Shown: positions 41,665 through 51,431 of the stretch, one piece after another
How positions within the stretch are numbered: the first letter of the stretch is position 1
Layout of the letters: each line of letters starts with the position of its first letter
From: an uncultured Bacilli bacterium
Lineage (GTDB): Bacteria > Bacillota_I > Bacilli_A > RF39 > UBA660
Reading direction: 5' to 3'
DNA: 64,000 nucleotides
Assembly (NCBI GenBank): GCA_949425635.1
Contig: CASPWD010000005.1
Coordinates: 100,328 to 164,327 of the forward strand
Translations under genes and position numbers: made by a program
Notes under the pieces: model-generated
Databases searched by the model: none
Seen by the model: only the letters and a program-made list of their open reading frames with translations
Told to the model about the DNA's origin: nothing

Positions 41665-42405
41665 CTATTTTATATTAATATCTTCTCTATTCTCACAAAT
41701 TTTCTTTATTATCTCATCTCTAAGCAAATAACACTCACCATATATCGTCTGCTCTACACCATCATCAAAGATATGGCTAACATCAGGAAGACCATACAAA
41801 TCTCTTTTCTTAGATTCCTCTAACATAGCATTTCTATGTAGTATTTCATCGCTATTAAAATTAGAAGTATCTAATATAAAATGTGGCTCAATATTAATAT
41901 GAGTCTTACCTAATCCTTTATAACAACTAGGTTTCTTCAAGTCCTCTTCACATTCTGGACTATTATATACATCCTCAGCTAAATTGATTGAACCAGCACT
42001 TTGTCCTACTATAACTCCTTCATACTCACTTAATATTTCTCTTAAATTAATTTTCTCAAAATACTGCATTTGCGTATATGTATCTCCACCAGATAAAAAT
42101 ACTAAGTCACTTTTTAATACTCTATTTCTTACTTCATCTTCACTACTCTTATCATCTATTACATAATAATTATCAAAGATAATACCAGATAATTTTAAGG
42201 CGTCAAATAATATCTTAGAATATTCATCTATCTTATCTTTATTACTAGCATCTGCTGGTACATACAGAATACCTCTTGTACCTTCTAATTTACTTTTTAA
42301 TTGATCAACTAATCCATTCGTATTATCTATCTCTTTAGCTACTTTAACTCTATCTATCTTTTCATAATGATTTAAATTACTAGTTAAAAATACTTTCATA
42401 GCCAT
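41665..42405 (-). CDS. Peptidase E-like (S51) protein
   Basis: LSGGDT, GQSAGS nucleophile elbow, PHF. Confidence 0.85.
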   Translation of the reverse strand: MAMKVFLTSNLNHYEKIDRVKVAKEIDNTNGLVDQLKSKLEGTRGILYVPADASNKDKIDEYSKILFDALKLSGIIFDNYYVIDDKSSEDEVRNRVLKSDLVFLSGGDTYTQMQYFEKINLREILSEYEGVIVGQSAGSINLAEDVYNSPECEEDLKKPSCYKGLGKTHINIEPHFILDTSNFNSDEILHRNAMLEESKKRDLYGLPDVSHIFDDGVEQTIYGECYLLRDEIIKKICENREDINIK

Positions 42406-42445
42406 CTCTCCTCATTAACCATATTATAACATACAAAAAGAACAA

Positions 42446-43147
42446 CTAATGTGTTCTATCTAAACTAACCTTCAAATACGTTAACTCCCACTTTCTACCA
42501 TCGTATCCTTTTACTTCTTTTTCTCTTTCTTCGATAACATGGCAATTGTTTCTTACTAAGTCTGCTCCATGATATAAATTATCATCGATACTAAAAGTTA
42601 TATAATCATATTCGTTTTTCAAAGTTTCTATAGCTACTCTAATAAAATCCTCAAAATGAAATACTATATTCAAATTAATTAAATTTTCCTCTTCTTCAAA
42701 TACTAAGAAGTCAGAAAAATATTCTTCATTTTTAAAAACCATATAAAACTTAGCCACACCATCTCTTATCTCTAAGGCAGCTGGTGTATTAGCCATTCTT
42801 AGACCATTCCATTTAATATAATCGTTATAAGTTCCTTTCTTAATTTCATATTTACTATCTTCAACATAATTTGCTATCTTTTCTACTTTCATTCTAAACT
42901 CCCTTTCTTTATTAAGTAAAATATTTATATCTTCACTTTCTAAATAATCATGTATTTCTTTCAAAGATAAATTTAAATCTTTAAGCATTTTTATTTTATT
43001 TATTACTTTTATTTGTACATCTTGATAATATCTATATCCTGTACATTCATCTATAAATAATGGTTTAAATAAATCTATTTCATCATAATATCTTAAAGTT
43101 TTTATTGGTACATTTGTTTTTTTCGAAAAATCTCCTATTTTATACAT
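42446..43147 (-). CDS. MerR family transcriptional regulator
   Basis: YKIGDFSK...KTLRYYDEIDLFKP...GYRYY. Confidence 0.93.
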   Translation of the reverse strand: MYKIGDFSKKTNVPIKTLRYYDEIDLFKPLFIDECTGYRYYQDVQIKVINKIKMLKDLNLSLKEIHDYLESEDINILLNKEREFRMKVEKIANYVEDSKYEIKKGTYNDYIKWNGLRMANTPAALEIRDGVAKFYMVFKNEEYFSDFLVFEEEENLINLNIVFHFEDFIRVAIETLKNEYDYITFSIDDNLYHGADLVRNNCHVIEEREKEVKGYDGRKWELTYLKVSLDRTH

Positions 43148-43237
43148 TTTATTACCACCATTCTATATAATAATTCTAAACTCATTATACTCTAAATTTA
43201 GCTTATCTAAAATATGGTTTTCTCCTTTCTTTTTCAT

Positions 43238-43268
43238 ATATTAGCACTACAGCTAACTGGAGAGTCAA
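43238..43268 (-). promoter_or_regulatory. MerR-type promoter with 19-bp spacer and dyad
   Basis: TTGACT-ctccagttagctgtagtgc (19 nt)-TAATAT; imperfect dyad CTCCAG/CTGTAG in the spacer. Confidence 0.8.
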
Positions 43269-43328
43269 GTTTATTTATTCTTTCTATACTAAAAAAGAAC
43301 ACCCTCGTGTTCCTTTTTCATTTACTAA

Positions 43329-44213
43329 CTAATTATTCGCTTCTCCACTAATCTCTTCAATTGACTTACTTTCTTTTTGCAACATAGCTCCACTACTCCA
43401 CATACTAGTTAAGCCCATATCTATATAAATCAATTGGCCTGACATATATGAGAATATATCACTACCAACTGCAACTAAAGGATAACCCATTTGTTCTGGT
43501 GTAGCAGCATATCCATTCCAACTCTTTAAGAAGATATTACTAATCATCTCTTCACCTTCAGCCACATCCCCATTAGGACTAGTTGACTTATTAAAGTCCT
43601 CTGTAAGCCCAGTAGTAGTATCACCAGGATTAATAGCATTCAACCTAATTCTCTTATCAATAAATTCTGGTGCCATACACTTATAAGTAACATAAGATTC
43701 TAAACATTGCTTAGCAAATACATAAGCACTTTGTATCAACTCTGGATGTTTATCATACCATTCCATCGCCTCATCCCAAGAACTTAAATTAATAAGCTCA
43801 ACTGCCTTATCATAAACAGCTTGCCATCCAAATCCACCTACAGAAGAAATAAAGTTTACTGTACCATGTTCTTTTATTCTAGGTAACAACGCTTCAGTCA
43901 TATACTTCTGACTATAGAAATTAACCTTTTGTACTAATAACTCTCTACCTGGAAAATATGCAATACCATGACATAAGAATAATCCATCTATTTCCTCAGG
44001 TAACTCCGCTATTACTCTATCAATTTCTTCCTTTTTACTTAAATCGGCTTGAAAAGCTTTCGTTACATTTAACTCAATAGGATTAATATCTATTGCATAT
44101 ACATTAGCTCCTAATTCTACCAGTAACTCTGCAGCACTCTTAGCCATACCAGAAGCTGCTCCTGTAACTACAACATTCTTTCCAACATATCCAAATAATT
44201 TTTTTAGATCCAT
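43329..44213 (-). CDS. SDR oxidoreductase (3-alpha-HSD/carbonyl reductase-like)
   Basis: TGAASGMA, SSVGG, YVFAK (YxxxK), NAINPG; start MDLKK after SD GAGGAG. Confidence 0.88.
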   Translation of the reverse strand: MDLKKLFGYVGKNVVVTGAASGMAKSAAELLVELGANVYAIDINPIELNVTKAFQADLSKKEEIDRVIAELPEEIDGLFLCHGIAYFPGRELLVQKVNFYSQKYMTEALLPRIKEHGTVNFISSVGGFGWQAVYDKAVELINLSSWDEAMEWYDKHPELIQSAYVFAKQCLESYVTYKCMAPEFIDKRIRLNAINPGDTTTGLTEDFNKSTSPNGDVAEGEEMISNIFLKSWNGYAATPEQMGYPLVAVGSDIFSYMSGQLIYIDMGLTSMWSSGAMLQKESKSIEEISGEANN

Positions 44214-44333
44214 TAATAATCTCTCCTCTATTCTTAATTTAATTTTACCATAACCATATAAAAAACAGAGCAATTACCTGTTGCCCTGTTTACAACTTGT
44301 ATACTTATCCACAGCCAAATTTTCAACCATTTT

Positions 44334-45335
44334 TTACATAGATGGTGTTCCAAATTCAGTAGTTGATATAGGTAACAATTTTTGCTTATCTAATGTTTTT
44401 CTATAAACATCTAACAATTCTTCAAATATGTCATCATCCATTTCTTTATCGTATAAATCTAATAAAACATACGATAAATTAATTGAATCACTTTTTTTAT
44501 CTTTATATTCTTCTAGTAAACTTTGGAATTCTTCACTACTTTCTTTTCCTTCAAATTTCTTGAGCTTCCATAAAGCATCATTGCTTTTATCTAAATACTC
44601 AAATATTGTATTTAATCTATATCTATTTATATCAGCTATCATTTCTTCATTCGTCTCATACTTCTTACATGAAAAGTCAAATAATTGACCATCCATTATG
44701 TAATCAAATAATTCAAAACATGCCTTGTATTCATCATATACTCGAGATGGAAATAGCCTTTCATCTTTGTATACATAATCTTCTAAATCATATCCAACAG
44801 CTTTTAAATCCTCTCTAAACTCTTGTGACATAAAGATTCTACTACATAAGGATTCTAGAAAACCATCTGACATTCTAAAACCATACATGCCAGTAGTAAG
44901 TAATTCTCCTTCTTCATTGTATCTACAATTTGTAAAGAATCCTGTTGTTCTTTTAACTAAACTATAAGAACTATTAGCTATGGAACATGGTGCAAATTCT
45001 GTCATTACGTGTCCCAATTCATGTGTTAAGATTGTTATTAGCTTAATATAATTACTATCATTTAAATAACTCATTTTGTGAATTACATTGCATTCTTCAT
45101 CATATTTTACATCTGTGGTTCCTAAAATTTTATTTTCGCCAGAAAAATCTACATTATCACTAGATATTTTTTCAAATTCTGATTCGCAGATATTTTGAAT
45201 AGCTTCTAATGGTAATTTACCTTCTGTCTCTTTTATATAATGTTTACAAATAATTCTTACTATTTCTTTTATATCCTCTGGAATGTTAGTTGAATTACTT
45301 ATCATTTCATTAGCTTTGTTTAATTTTTCTTCCAT
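44334..45335 (-). CDS. Hypothetical zincin-like (HExxH) protein
   Basis: LTHELGH plus downstream DGFLE. Confidence 0.65.
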   Translation of the reverse strand: MEEKLNKANEMISNSTNIPEDIKEIVRIICKHYIKETEGKLPLEAIQNICESEFEKISSDNVDFSGENKILGTTDVKYDEECNVIHKMSYLNDSNYIKLITILTHELGHVMTEFAPCSIANSSYSLVKRTTGFFTNCRYNEEGELLTTGMYGFRMSDGFLESLCSRIFMSQEFREDLKAVGYDLEDYVYKDERLFPSRVYDEYKACFELFDYIMDGQLFDFSCKKYETNEEMIADINRYRLNTIFEYLDKSNDALWKLKKFEGKESSEEFQSLLEEYKDKKSDSINLSYVLLDLYDKEMDDDIFEELLDVYRKTLDKQKLLPISTTEFGTPSM

Positions 45336-45383
45336 GATACTACCTTTGGTGAATACTTATTAAATATATTTACCCTTTCTTTT

Positions 45384-45650
45384 TTAATCATCTAATTCTT
45401 CAAAATCATCATCCGATTCCTCTTCCTCGTCAATGTCATCATCATCTTCGATATCATCGTACTCCTCTAAATCCTCAAACTCATCTTCGTCTTCCTCATC
45501 TACATACAATATATCGTCTATATCAAGATCTAATTCTGTTAAATCTAAATCTTCGTTTTTAAAATCTTCAATAACTTCTCTATTATCTTTATCTATATTA
45601 TCTAGATTATTTATGGCTGCTAAATATTCATAATAATCTTGTACTTTCAC
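45384..45650 (-). CDS. Small extremely acidic protein
   Basis: 88 aa, about half Asp/Glu; GTG start after SD GAGG. Confidence 0.7.
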   Translation of the reverse strand: MKVQDYYEYLAAINNLDNIDKDNREVIEDFKNEDLDLTELDLDIDDILYVDEEDEDEFEDLEEYDDIEDDDDIDEEEESDDDFEELDD

Positions 45651-45665
45651 TCTACTTCCTCTTTC

Positions 45666-47438
45666 TTATTTACTAAAACCATAGTAAATTTTCCCTGTTT
45701 CTAAAGTAATACCACGATACTTAGCTAACTCTGAAACTGTAACAATTTGATATCCTCTATCTAATAAGTCTGGTACTAATACTTCTACTGCTTCAGCTGT
45801 TGGTTTATAGATAGAATGCATAAGAATTATTTTACCATCTAGATTACTATACTTATCTATTTCATGTAATGTAAGATCCTTATTTAGATATTTCCAATCT
45901 AAGGAATCAACGTTCCAGTTAATTAATGGTATATCAATAAGTGTTCTTACTTTAGCATTGGCATTCCCATATGGTGGTCTTAATAAAGGTGGATCAATTC
46001 CTAAAACTTCATTAAAAGCTTGCTTACTTAGTTCTATTTCTTTTGCTATTTCTTTATCTGATATAGCATTTAAATTTTTATGAGAATAAGTATGTGTTCC
46101 TACTTCACCAAGAGTGGCTTCTCTTTTAACAACATCAGGATATTTTAGCATTAAGTTACCTAAATCAAAGAATGTTGCTCGAACATTATACTTTTCTAAG
46201 GTATCAAGAATCATTGGTGTAGCAACTGGATTTGGACCATCGTCAAACGTAAGAGCTACCATTGGTTTAGTTGGATCTATTTGCCCTTGTGGAGTGACAT
46301 TATCTTTTACCACTCTATTTTTTACCATTGTTTTTGAAAGATAAGATGTACTAACATACCCCTCTATATCTTTATATCTTACTTTTGTCCAGCTACCTGT
46401 TTGTTCAATTTTCGTTACTTTTTCGTTTCTTTTTATTTCTGCTAGTAAGTCACTTTTAACACTAGCTTCACTTCTTAAATTGACATTTGTTATTGCATAA
46501 AATGTCTCTTCAACAATGTTTTCATTACCAGGTTCTGCAGGAATAACTTTATCAACTTTTTTAGTTAGTTTATTACTTTCAATAAAAGCAAGACCATCAT
46601 TATAAAGGAGAATACTCCAGCCTTTATCGTTTTCTTTATAAACTTTTACTACTTCATCTTTTTTGATGCTACCAATTATTTCACTGCTTACATTATCCTT
46701 ATTATATAAAACAGTGTCTCCAATTGACATATATTCTTTATTTATAATTGTATATACTGGTTCTTCCGTATCACTTTGTTCGTATTCTGTTATTTTGTTT
46801 TCTCTTTTGATAACACTTTCTATTTCAGATATAGGAATTTCTATGTTATCCACTACTAATTTATCACCCTTAATAAATAATTTAGATTCATCTAATGTAT
46901 CATTATCTAAATAACTAGTTAAGGTATCTTTATAACCTTCATTAAATAATTCTTCTTTGTTAATTATTTCTCCTTTATTCACATCAATAATATAAATATG
47001 CTCTTTTGTAGTATTATTTAAATCTAAGGTTTCAATGTTTTCACGTAAAATTAAACTTATAGTATTATCAATACCTATGTAAATTTCATAATCAATAAAG
47101 TAGTATGTATTTACTTCTTCAATCTCAGATAAATATTCAAGCATAGTTTGTTCTTTTATTTCTTCTATTTTAGATGTGATAACTTTATCAACACCTTCTT
47201 CTCCAGTTGTTGGATAAGATATTTTGTAATATATGTTCTTATCTTTATCTTCAATGGAATTTAGGCGACCTACTTGTTTTTTTGTAGTTAAAGTTTCGAA
47301 GATAAGATTGTCCATTTTATTTTCTAATTTTTTCTCTTTAGAAAACAATGAAAATAATAGAAAAATAATTAAACTAAGTGTTAGTAAAACTAAACATATA
47401 TAAATAATTAATTTTTCTTTTTTTACTCCCTCAGTCAT
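45666..47438 (-). CDS. Membrane-anchored peptidoglycan/polysaccharide deacetylase with two SH3b domains
   Basis: N-terminal TM; VNLRSE...WTKVRY...GYVS; ALTFDDGP, HTYSH, RPPYG, DSLDW, LMH. Confidence 0.9.
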   Translation of the reverse strand: MTEGVKKEKLIIYICLVLLTLSLIIFLLFSLFSKEKKLENKMDNLIFETLTTKKQVGRLNSIEDKDKNIYYKISYPTTGEEGVDKVITSKIEEIKEQTMLEYLSEIEEVNTYYFIDYEIYIGIDNTISLILRENIETLDLNNTTKEHIYIIDVNKGEIINKEELFNEGYKDTLTSYLDNDTLDESKLFIKGDKLVVDNIEIPISEIESVIKRENKITEYEQSDTEEPVYTIINKEYMSIGDTVLYNKDNVSSEIIGSIKKDEVVKVYKENDKGWSILLYNDGLAFIESNKLTKKVDKVIPAEPGNENIVEETFYAITNVNLRSEASVKSDLLAEIKRNEKVTKIEQTGSWTKVRYKDIEGYVSTSYLSKTMVKNRVVKDNVTPQGQIDPTKPMVALTFDDGPNPVATPMILDTLEKYNVRATFFDLGNLMLKYPDVVKREATLGEVGTHTYSHKNLNAISDKEIAKEIELSKQAFNEVLGIDPPLLRPPYGNANAKVRTLIDIPLINWNVDSLDWKYLNKDLTLHEIDKYSNLDGKIILMHSIYKPTAEAVEVLVPDLLDRGYQIVTVSELAKYRGITLETGKIYYGFSK

Positions 47439-47503
47439 AAAACTCACCTATCTATATTATAAAACTTTTTTTATTTATTAAACGTTTTTTTATCGTTGAC
47501 ATT

Positions 47504-48643
47504 CTATATTTTTTTAGTCTTTTCTTGGTCTTGTAACCCATTAAAGATATCATTAAGTAATGGATTATTTAAATCTGTATGTTCTTCACTTAATGTTAAG
47601 TTTAAACATTCATCTAGTTCATATGGGAATGAGTATAATTCTAAATCTTTTAAATGATACATAACTCTTCTAAATGTTCTAATGAGCTTATTGGTTGCAT
47701 TATATTGAATTGCATTGTTACGTTCTTGTAATTCGGTTCTTTTTTCTTCATCACTTATATTATCTGCTGCTATACTCCTTGATAAGTATCTTACTGGTAA
47801 ATATGGAATAACTTTAATTTTATTAATTCCTGCACTTTCCAAAAGAGCCATAAAGGCAGTTAATCCTAGAACAAATGATGACGTTACATCAGTAATATTT
47901 TCTGGATAGTAATCACTTGTGCCATTTTTATACGCTTTAAATTCTTCAGATTCATTTTCCATGACGCCATCTTGTAACTTATATAGTAGTCGATTTATTT
48001 TTTTCTTAAATTTTTCTTCGTTTTGATCAATATTCTTCTTTGGTTCTTTTGGTTTCATTAAACTATAAATGTAACAGGTGTTATCTTCTGTTATACCATA
48101 ATAAATACTAAGAATTGGACATCTTAATTCTTTTTCTTCCACTCTATTAACTAAGGTAAAATCTAACCTAGATGCTGTTTCCATAGATATACTATTTTCT
48201 CTATTGGTGACTTCCATTTGGCTTCCTAAGAAAAAATCGCCGATGTTAAATCTTTGGCCATCGTTAAGATAAGTGAAAGTGTCATTTTGCAGAAATTCAA
48301 TTCTTCTTTTTATAAATGGGATAGGATTTGTAAACTCTTCTGTTGATGCATTTACAAAAAGATAAGAAATTAAATATTTTATATGACTATGTCCTGTTTG
48401 ATCTAAGAATGGGATAGCTCTTCTGTTTTTTTCTAATTCCAATGAAATATATTCTTCTAAAGCATTAAAGAAAGCTTCTTCATTCGTTATTCGAAGTAAG
48501 GAAAGATTATTTCCTATAAAAGATACTTTTTCTTTACTATCTTCATATATTATTGTATTAAAACCGATTGGCCATTCTTCACCATCGATGATTATGTTAC
48601 CTTGACTTGCTTCTTTGATAAGTTCATAAAATATTTCTTTCAT
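47504..48643 (-). CDS. Hypothetical protein
   Basis: ~380 aa open frame with SD GGTGA; no recognised motif. Confidence 0.75.
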   Translation of the reverse strand: MKEIFYELIKEASQGNIIIDGEEWPIGFNTIIYEDSKEKVSFIGNNLSLLRITNEEAFFNALEEYISLELEKNRRAIPFLDQTGHSHIKYLISYLFVNASTEEFTNPIPFIKRRIEFLQNDTFTYLNDGQRFNIGDFFLGSQMEVTNRENSISMETASRLDFTLVNRVEEKELRCPILSIYYGITEDNTCYIYSLMKPKEPKKNIDQNEEKFKKKINRLLYKLQDGVMENESEEFKAYKNGTSDYYPENITDVTSSFVLGLTAFMALLESAGINKIKVIPYLPVRYLSRSIAADNISDEEKRTELQERNNAIQYNATNKLIRTFRRVMYHLKDLELYSFPYELDECLNLTLSEEHTDLNNPLLNDIFNGLQDQEKTKKI

Positions 48644-48750
48644 AAATATCACCATACTTCTTATAAATTCATTATAACATTTAGAATTTTAAAAAAGTAT
48701 AATAACTATAAAGAAGCTATTATACTTTACTATAACTTGTTATATTTAAA

Positions 48751-49692
48751 TCACTTTATTTTCATACTTCGACCATTTATACAATGGGATAAGAATTTTA
48801 TATAATTAATCCCAAATCTTGGTTTTTCATAAAGATACATTTTTACTTTTTTGAATTCTCCATCTGGAATCGTATTAACAAACTTTTCTAAAACATCATT
48901 AAATAATTCCTCTTTAGTATTATATATGTGTAATCCTTTATATTTTAGCCAGGCACTTTCAACCCAATAGTACTTTTTGGAATCTTTATAAATTAGGAAA
49001 GCGTGTGAAATATCATATGAATCACTAGGATAATGAATGAAATATGTTCTTAGATCTACTCCTAATTTAGATACAATTTCTCTTTCAAGTTCAACAATCT
49101 CAAAACATGTTCCTATTTTACTTTCTTGTAATTGTCTTGGGTTCTGAAAGTAGAAAGTTTCTTTAAAGTTCCATTTGAAATCAGCATACAAGTTGCCATC
49201 TTTATCACGATATCCTAATTTTATTTTGTCTAATTTTTCCTTTACTGTATTATAGACATTATCACATTTTAAAATCATTGTTCGGCCATTTGTAATAGGA
49301 ATGAAGCCAAGATTTTTGAATAATTTTAAAGCTTTCTTATTGTCTTTATATACCCAAATATATAATTCAGGCATTTCACTTTTTAACTTGTTTATGATGC
49401 TTGTTCCTATACCATTATTACGATATTCTTTAAATAAATATAGTTCATCTATGATGTATCCTGTTTCATAAGGAAGTGTTAAATATGCACCAGCAATTTT
49501 CTTACCAACATAAATTATTTTGTATTTTAAGCAAGTCATTTCAACATTTTTTAGAACACTTTTTCTTATTTTATTTTTTTCAGTATATGATAATACCTTG
49601 TCCATTTCGTCGTCAATCATAGTGACTAGTTTTATACTAGTTAAAATGTCCATGTCTTTATCCTGGGCATTAACTATTTTGTAATCAAACAT
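48751..49692 (-). CDS. GNAT acetyltransferase fused to a transglutaminase/papain-like domain
   Basis: EYRNNGIG and NKKALKLFKNLGF; C-terminal GTCFE, SHAFL, WVES. Confidence 0.75.
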   Translation of the reverse strand: MFDYKIVNAQDKDMDILTSIKLVTMIDDEMDKVLSYTEKNKIRKSVLKNVEMTCLKYKIIYVGKKIAGAYLTLPYETGYIIDELYLFKEYRNNGIGTSIINKLKSEMPELYIWVYKDNKKALKLFKNLGFIPITNGRTMILKCDNVYNTVKEKLDKIKLGYRDKDGNLYADFKWNFKETFYFQNPRQLQESKIGTCFEIVELEREIVSKLGVDLRTYFIHYPSDSYDISHAFLIYKDSKKYYWVESAWLKYKGLHIYNTKEELFNDVLEKFVNTIPDGEFKKVKMYLYEKPRFGINYIKFLSHCINGRSMKIK

Positions 49693-49793
49693 TGTATCAC
49701 CTACTTACGCCACTTATACTATCAGAAAAAAATAAAAAAAGAAAGTATTAATTTATTTATAATTAAGTACCTTCTTTTTAAGTAATATTTATA

Positions 49794-51224
49794 TTAGTTG
49801 TCCTTTTTCTTTGTTTTTATAACTACTCCTCTATTTTTGCAACTATCTTTACCTTCATTACAGTAACCAAATACTTTACATGTAGGTCCTAAACCTTCGC
49901 CAATTAATGGGGCAACTTTTGAAGCTTCTTCAACCATTTTATTAGCAATATCTCTAATTTCCCATTGAGCCTTGGTACAGCATCTCATTCTACTAATCCA
50001 TTCTAAGGTACGACCATTCATAGTAGTAGTAATGTTGCATGCATTTCCAGATAATAAGAAATAAACTAAGTCTTCTGGTCTTACACCTTCTTGAATGAAT
50101 GATTCTTGCATTAATTTATTATTAGCAAAAATTTCATCGTATTCTTCTTTATGTGCTTTTGCTACAGTTGCAGGAGTTACATAGTTTCCTAATTCCATTC
50201 TTGTAAATTCTGGAACCATTAAAGAATGCATTCTATGTCTAGTTATATGAGTAAGGACAGCAAGTGATATTGGTATTTGATATGAGAATGAAACTTGTTC
50301 AAGTTCTCTTTGTTGTTTACTATTAATGATTGCTTGCATGATTCTTCTTTTTATATCTTCATTATGTCTTAGTTCAAATAATACTTCTTCAGCTTGTTCA
50401 TAAGTGTATTGATATCTTGCCATTAATGTACTAACAAGAACTTTCCAATCTGCATTTTCAGTATAAAATGTCATTTCTACTTCATCAAGTAGTTTTACTT
50501 GTTGTGGAAACTCTATTTCTGTAACTAAATTATCTAAGAAAGCAAGTTTATCATCATAATATTTTTTATCAGATTCTTTATCTAAAGCACGTGATAAATA
50601 TGGAACATAATCCTTTATCATTGTAGCTAGTTTCTCTCCTAGCTCACGTACTTCTGTTATTTGTGAAATTTTACCATAAAGCATATCACTTGTCATATTT
50701 AGTAATTCGTTCGCATCACAACCCATTATAATGTTGCTATGATAACAATATGGTAAGATATAACGACAATCTTCTACTGGAATTTCTTCGTCAACAAGTT
50801 CACCATATTTGTTAAATAGTGATTGCATATAAGCTCTATATTCATTTTGCAATTTTGCATTATTTGGTAAGACATTTCCATCTTTATCTTTGAAATCTGG
50901 AACATAAAAGCCAACATTTCTAAAGTCAACATTTCTTCTTGATTTAATTGTAAATGATGTTAAACGATATCCGATTATAATTTGTTCTATTATTGGAGTA
51001 ACATCTTCTAAAGCAAACACTAAATAGTCATGTTCTGATATAGATTTATGACCATATCCAACAATTGCTCTAGCAAGTTTTAAATTTGACTCATAATCAT
51101 TGTGTGTTTCTAAAACTTGTGTTACTGTTCCATCTGCACGTGATAAATTTCCAGCAGATGCAACTATTTGTAATCTTTTTTCTATTTCTTCTTTGGTATT
51201 GTTACCAAGCATTACTACTTTCAT
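49794..51224 (-). CDS. thyX: FAD-dependent thymidylate synthase with two tandem ThyX domains
   Basis: GHKSISEH, SRR, EDCRYILP in the first half; RHR, R.C.KAQWEIR in the second half. Confidence 0.88.
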   Translation of the reverse strand: MKVVMLGNNTKEEIEKRLQIVASAGNLSRADGTVTQVLETHNDYESNLKLARAIVGYGHKSISEHDYLVFALEDVTPIIEQIIIGYRLTSFTIKSRRNVDFRNVGFYVPDFKDKDGNVLPNNAKLQNEYRAYMQSLFNKYGELVDEEIPVEDCRYILPYCYHSNIIMGCDANELLNMTSDMLYGKISQITEVRELGEKLATMIKDYVPYLSRALDKESDKKYYDDKLAFLDNLVTEIEFPQQVKLLDEVEMTFYTENADWKVLVSTLMARYQYTYEQAEEVLFELRHNEDIKRRIMQAIINSKQQRELEQVSFSYQIPISLAVLTHITRHRMHSLMVPEFTRMELGNYVTPATVAKAHKEEYDEIFANNKLMQESFIQEGVRPEDLVYFLLSGNACNITTTMNGRTLEWISRMRCCTKAQWEIRDIANKMVEEASKVAPLIGEGLGPTCKVFGYCNEGKDSCKNRGVVIKTKKKDN

Positions 51225-51431
51225 TAAAATTCTCTCCTTTTACCATTTTGTCTCTACGTTTTTAAGTATACTATATATTATTTTAAAATGAAAGTGTATT
51301 TTTTACACTTTGGTATCATTCTTTTTTATAACCCTATCAGATAGATGTATAATGATTTTTATTGACAGAAAATTTAATTAGGAAACATAAATTTTTAAAG
51401 ATATGGTATACTTTAAATGGGAAGTGATGAA

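Noticed and set aside
51265-51311. NrdR-box-like ATACTATATATT and the AAAGTGT/ACACTTT dyad upstream of thyX
   Set aside because: Weak match in very AT-rich DNA; cannot be assigned without comparative data
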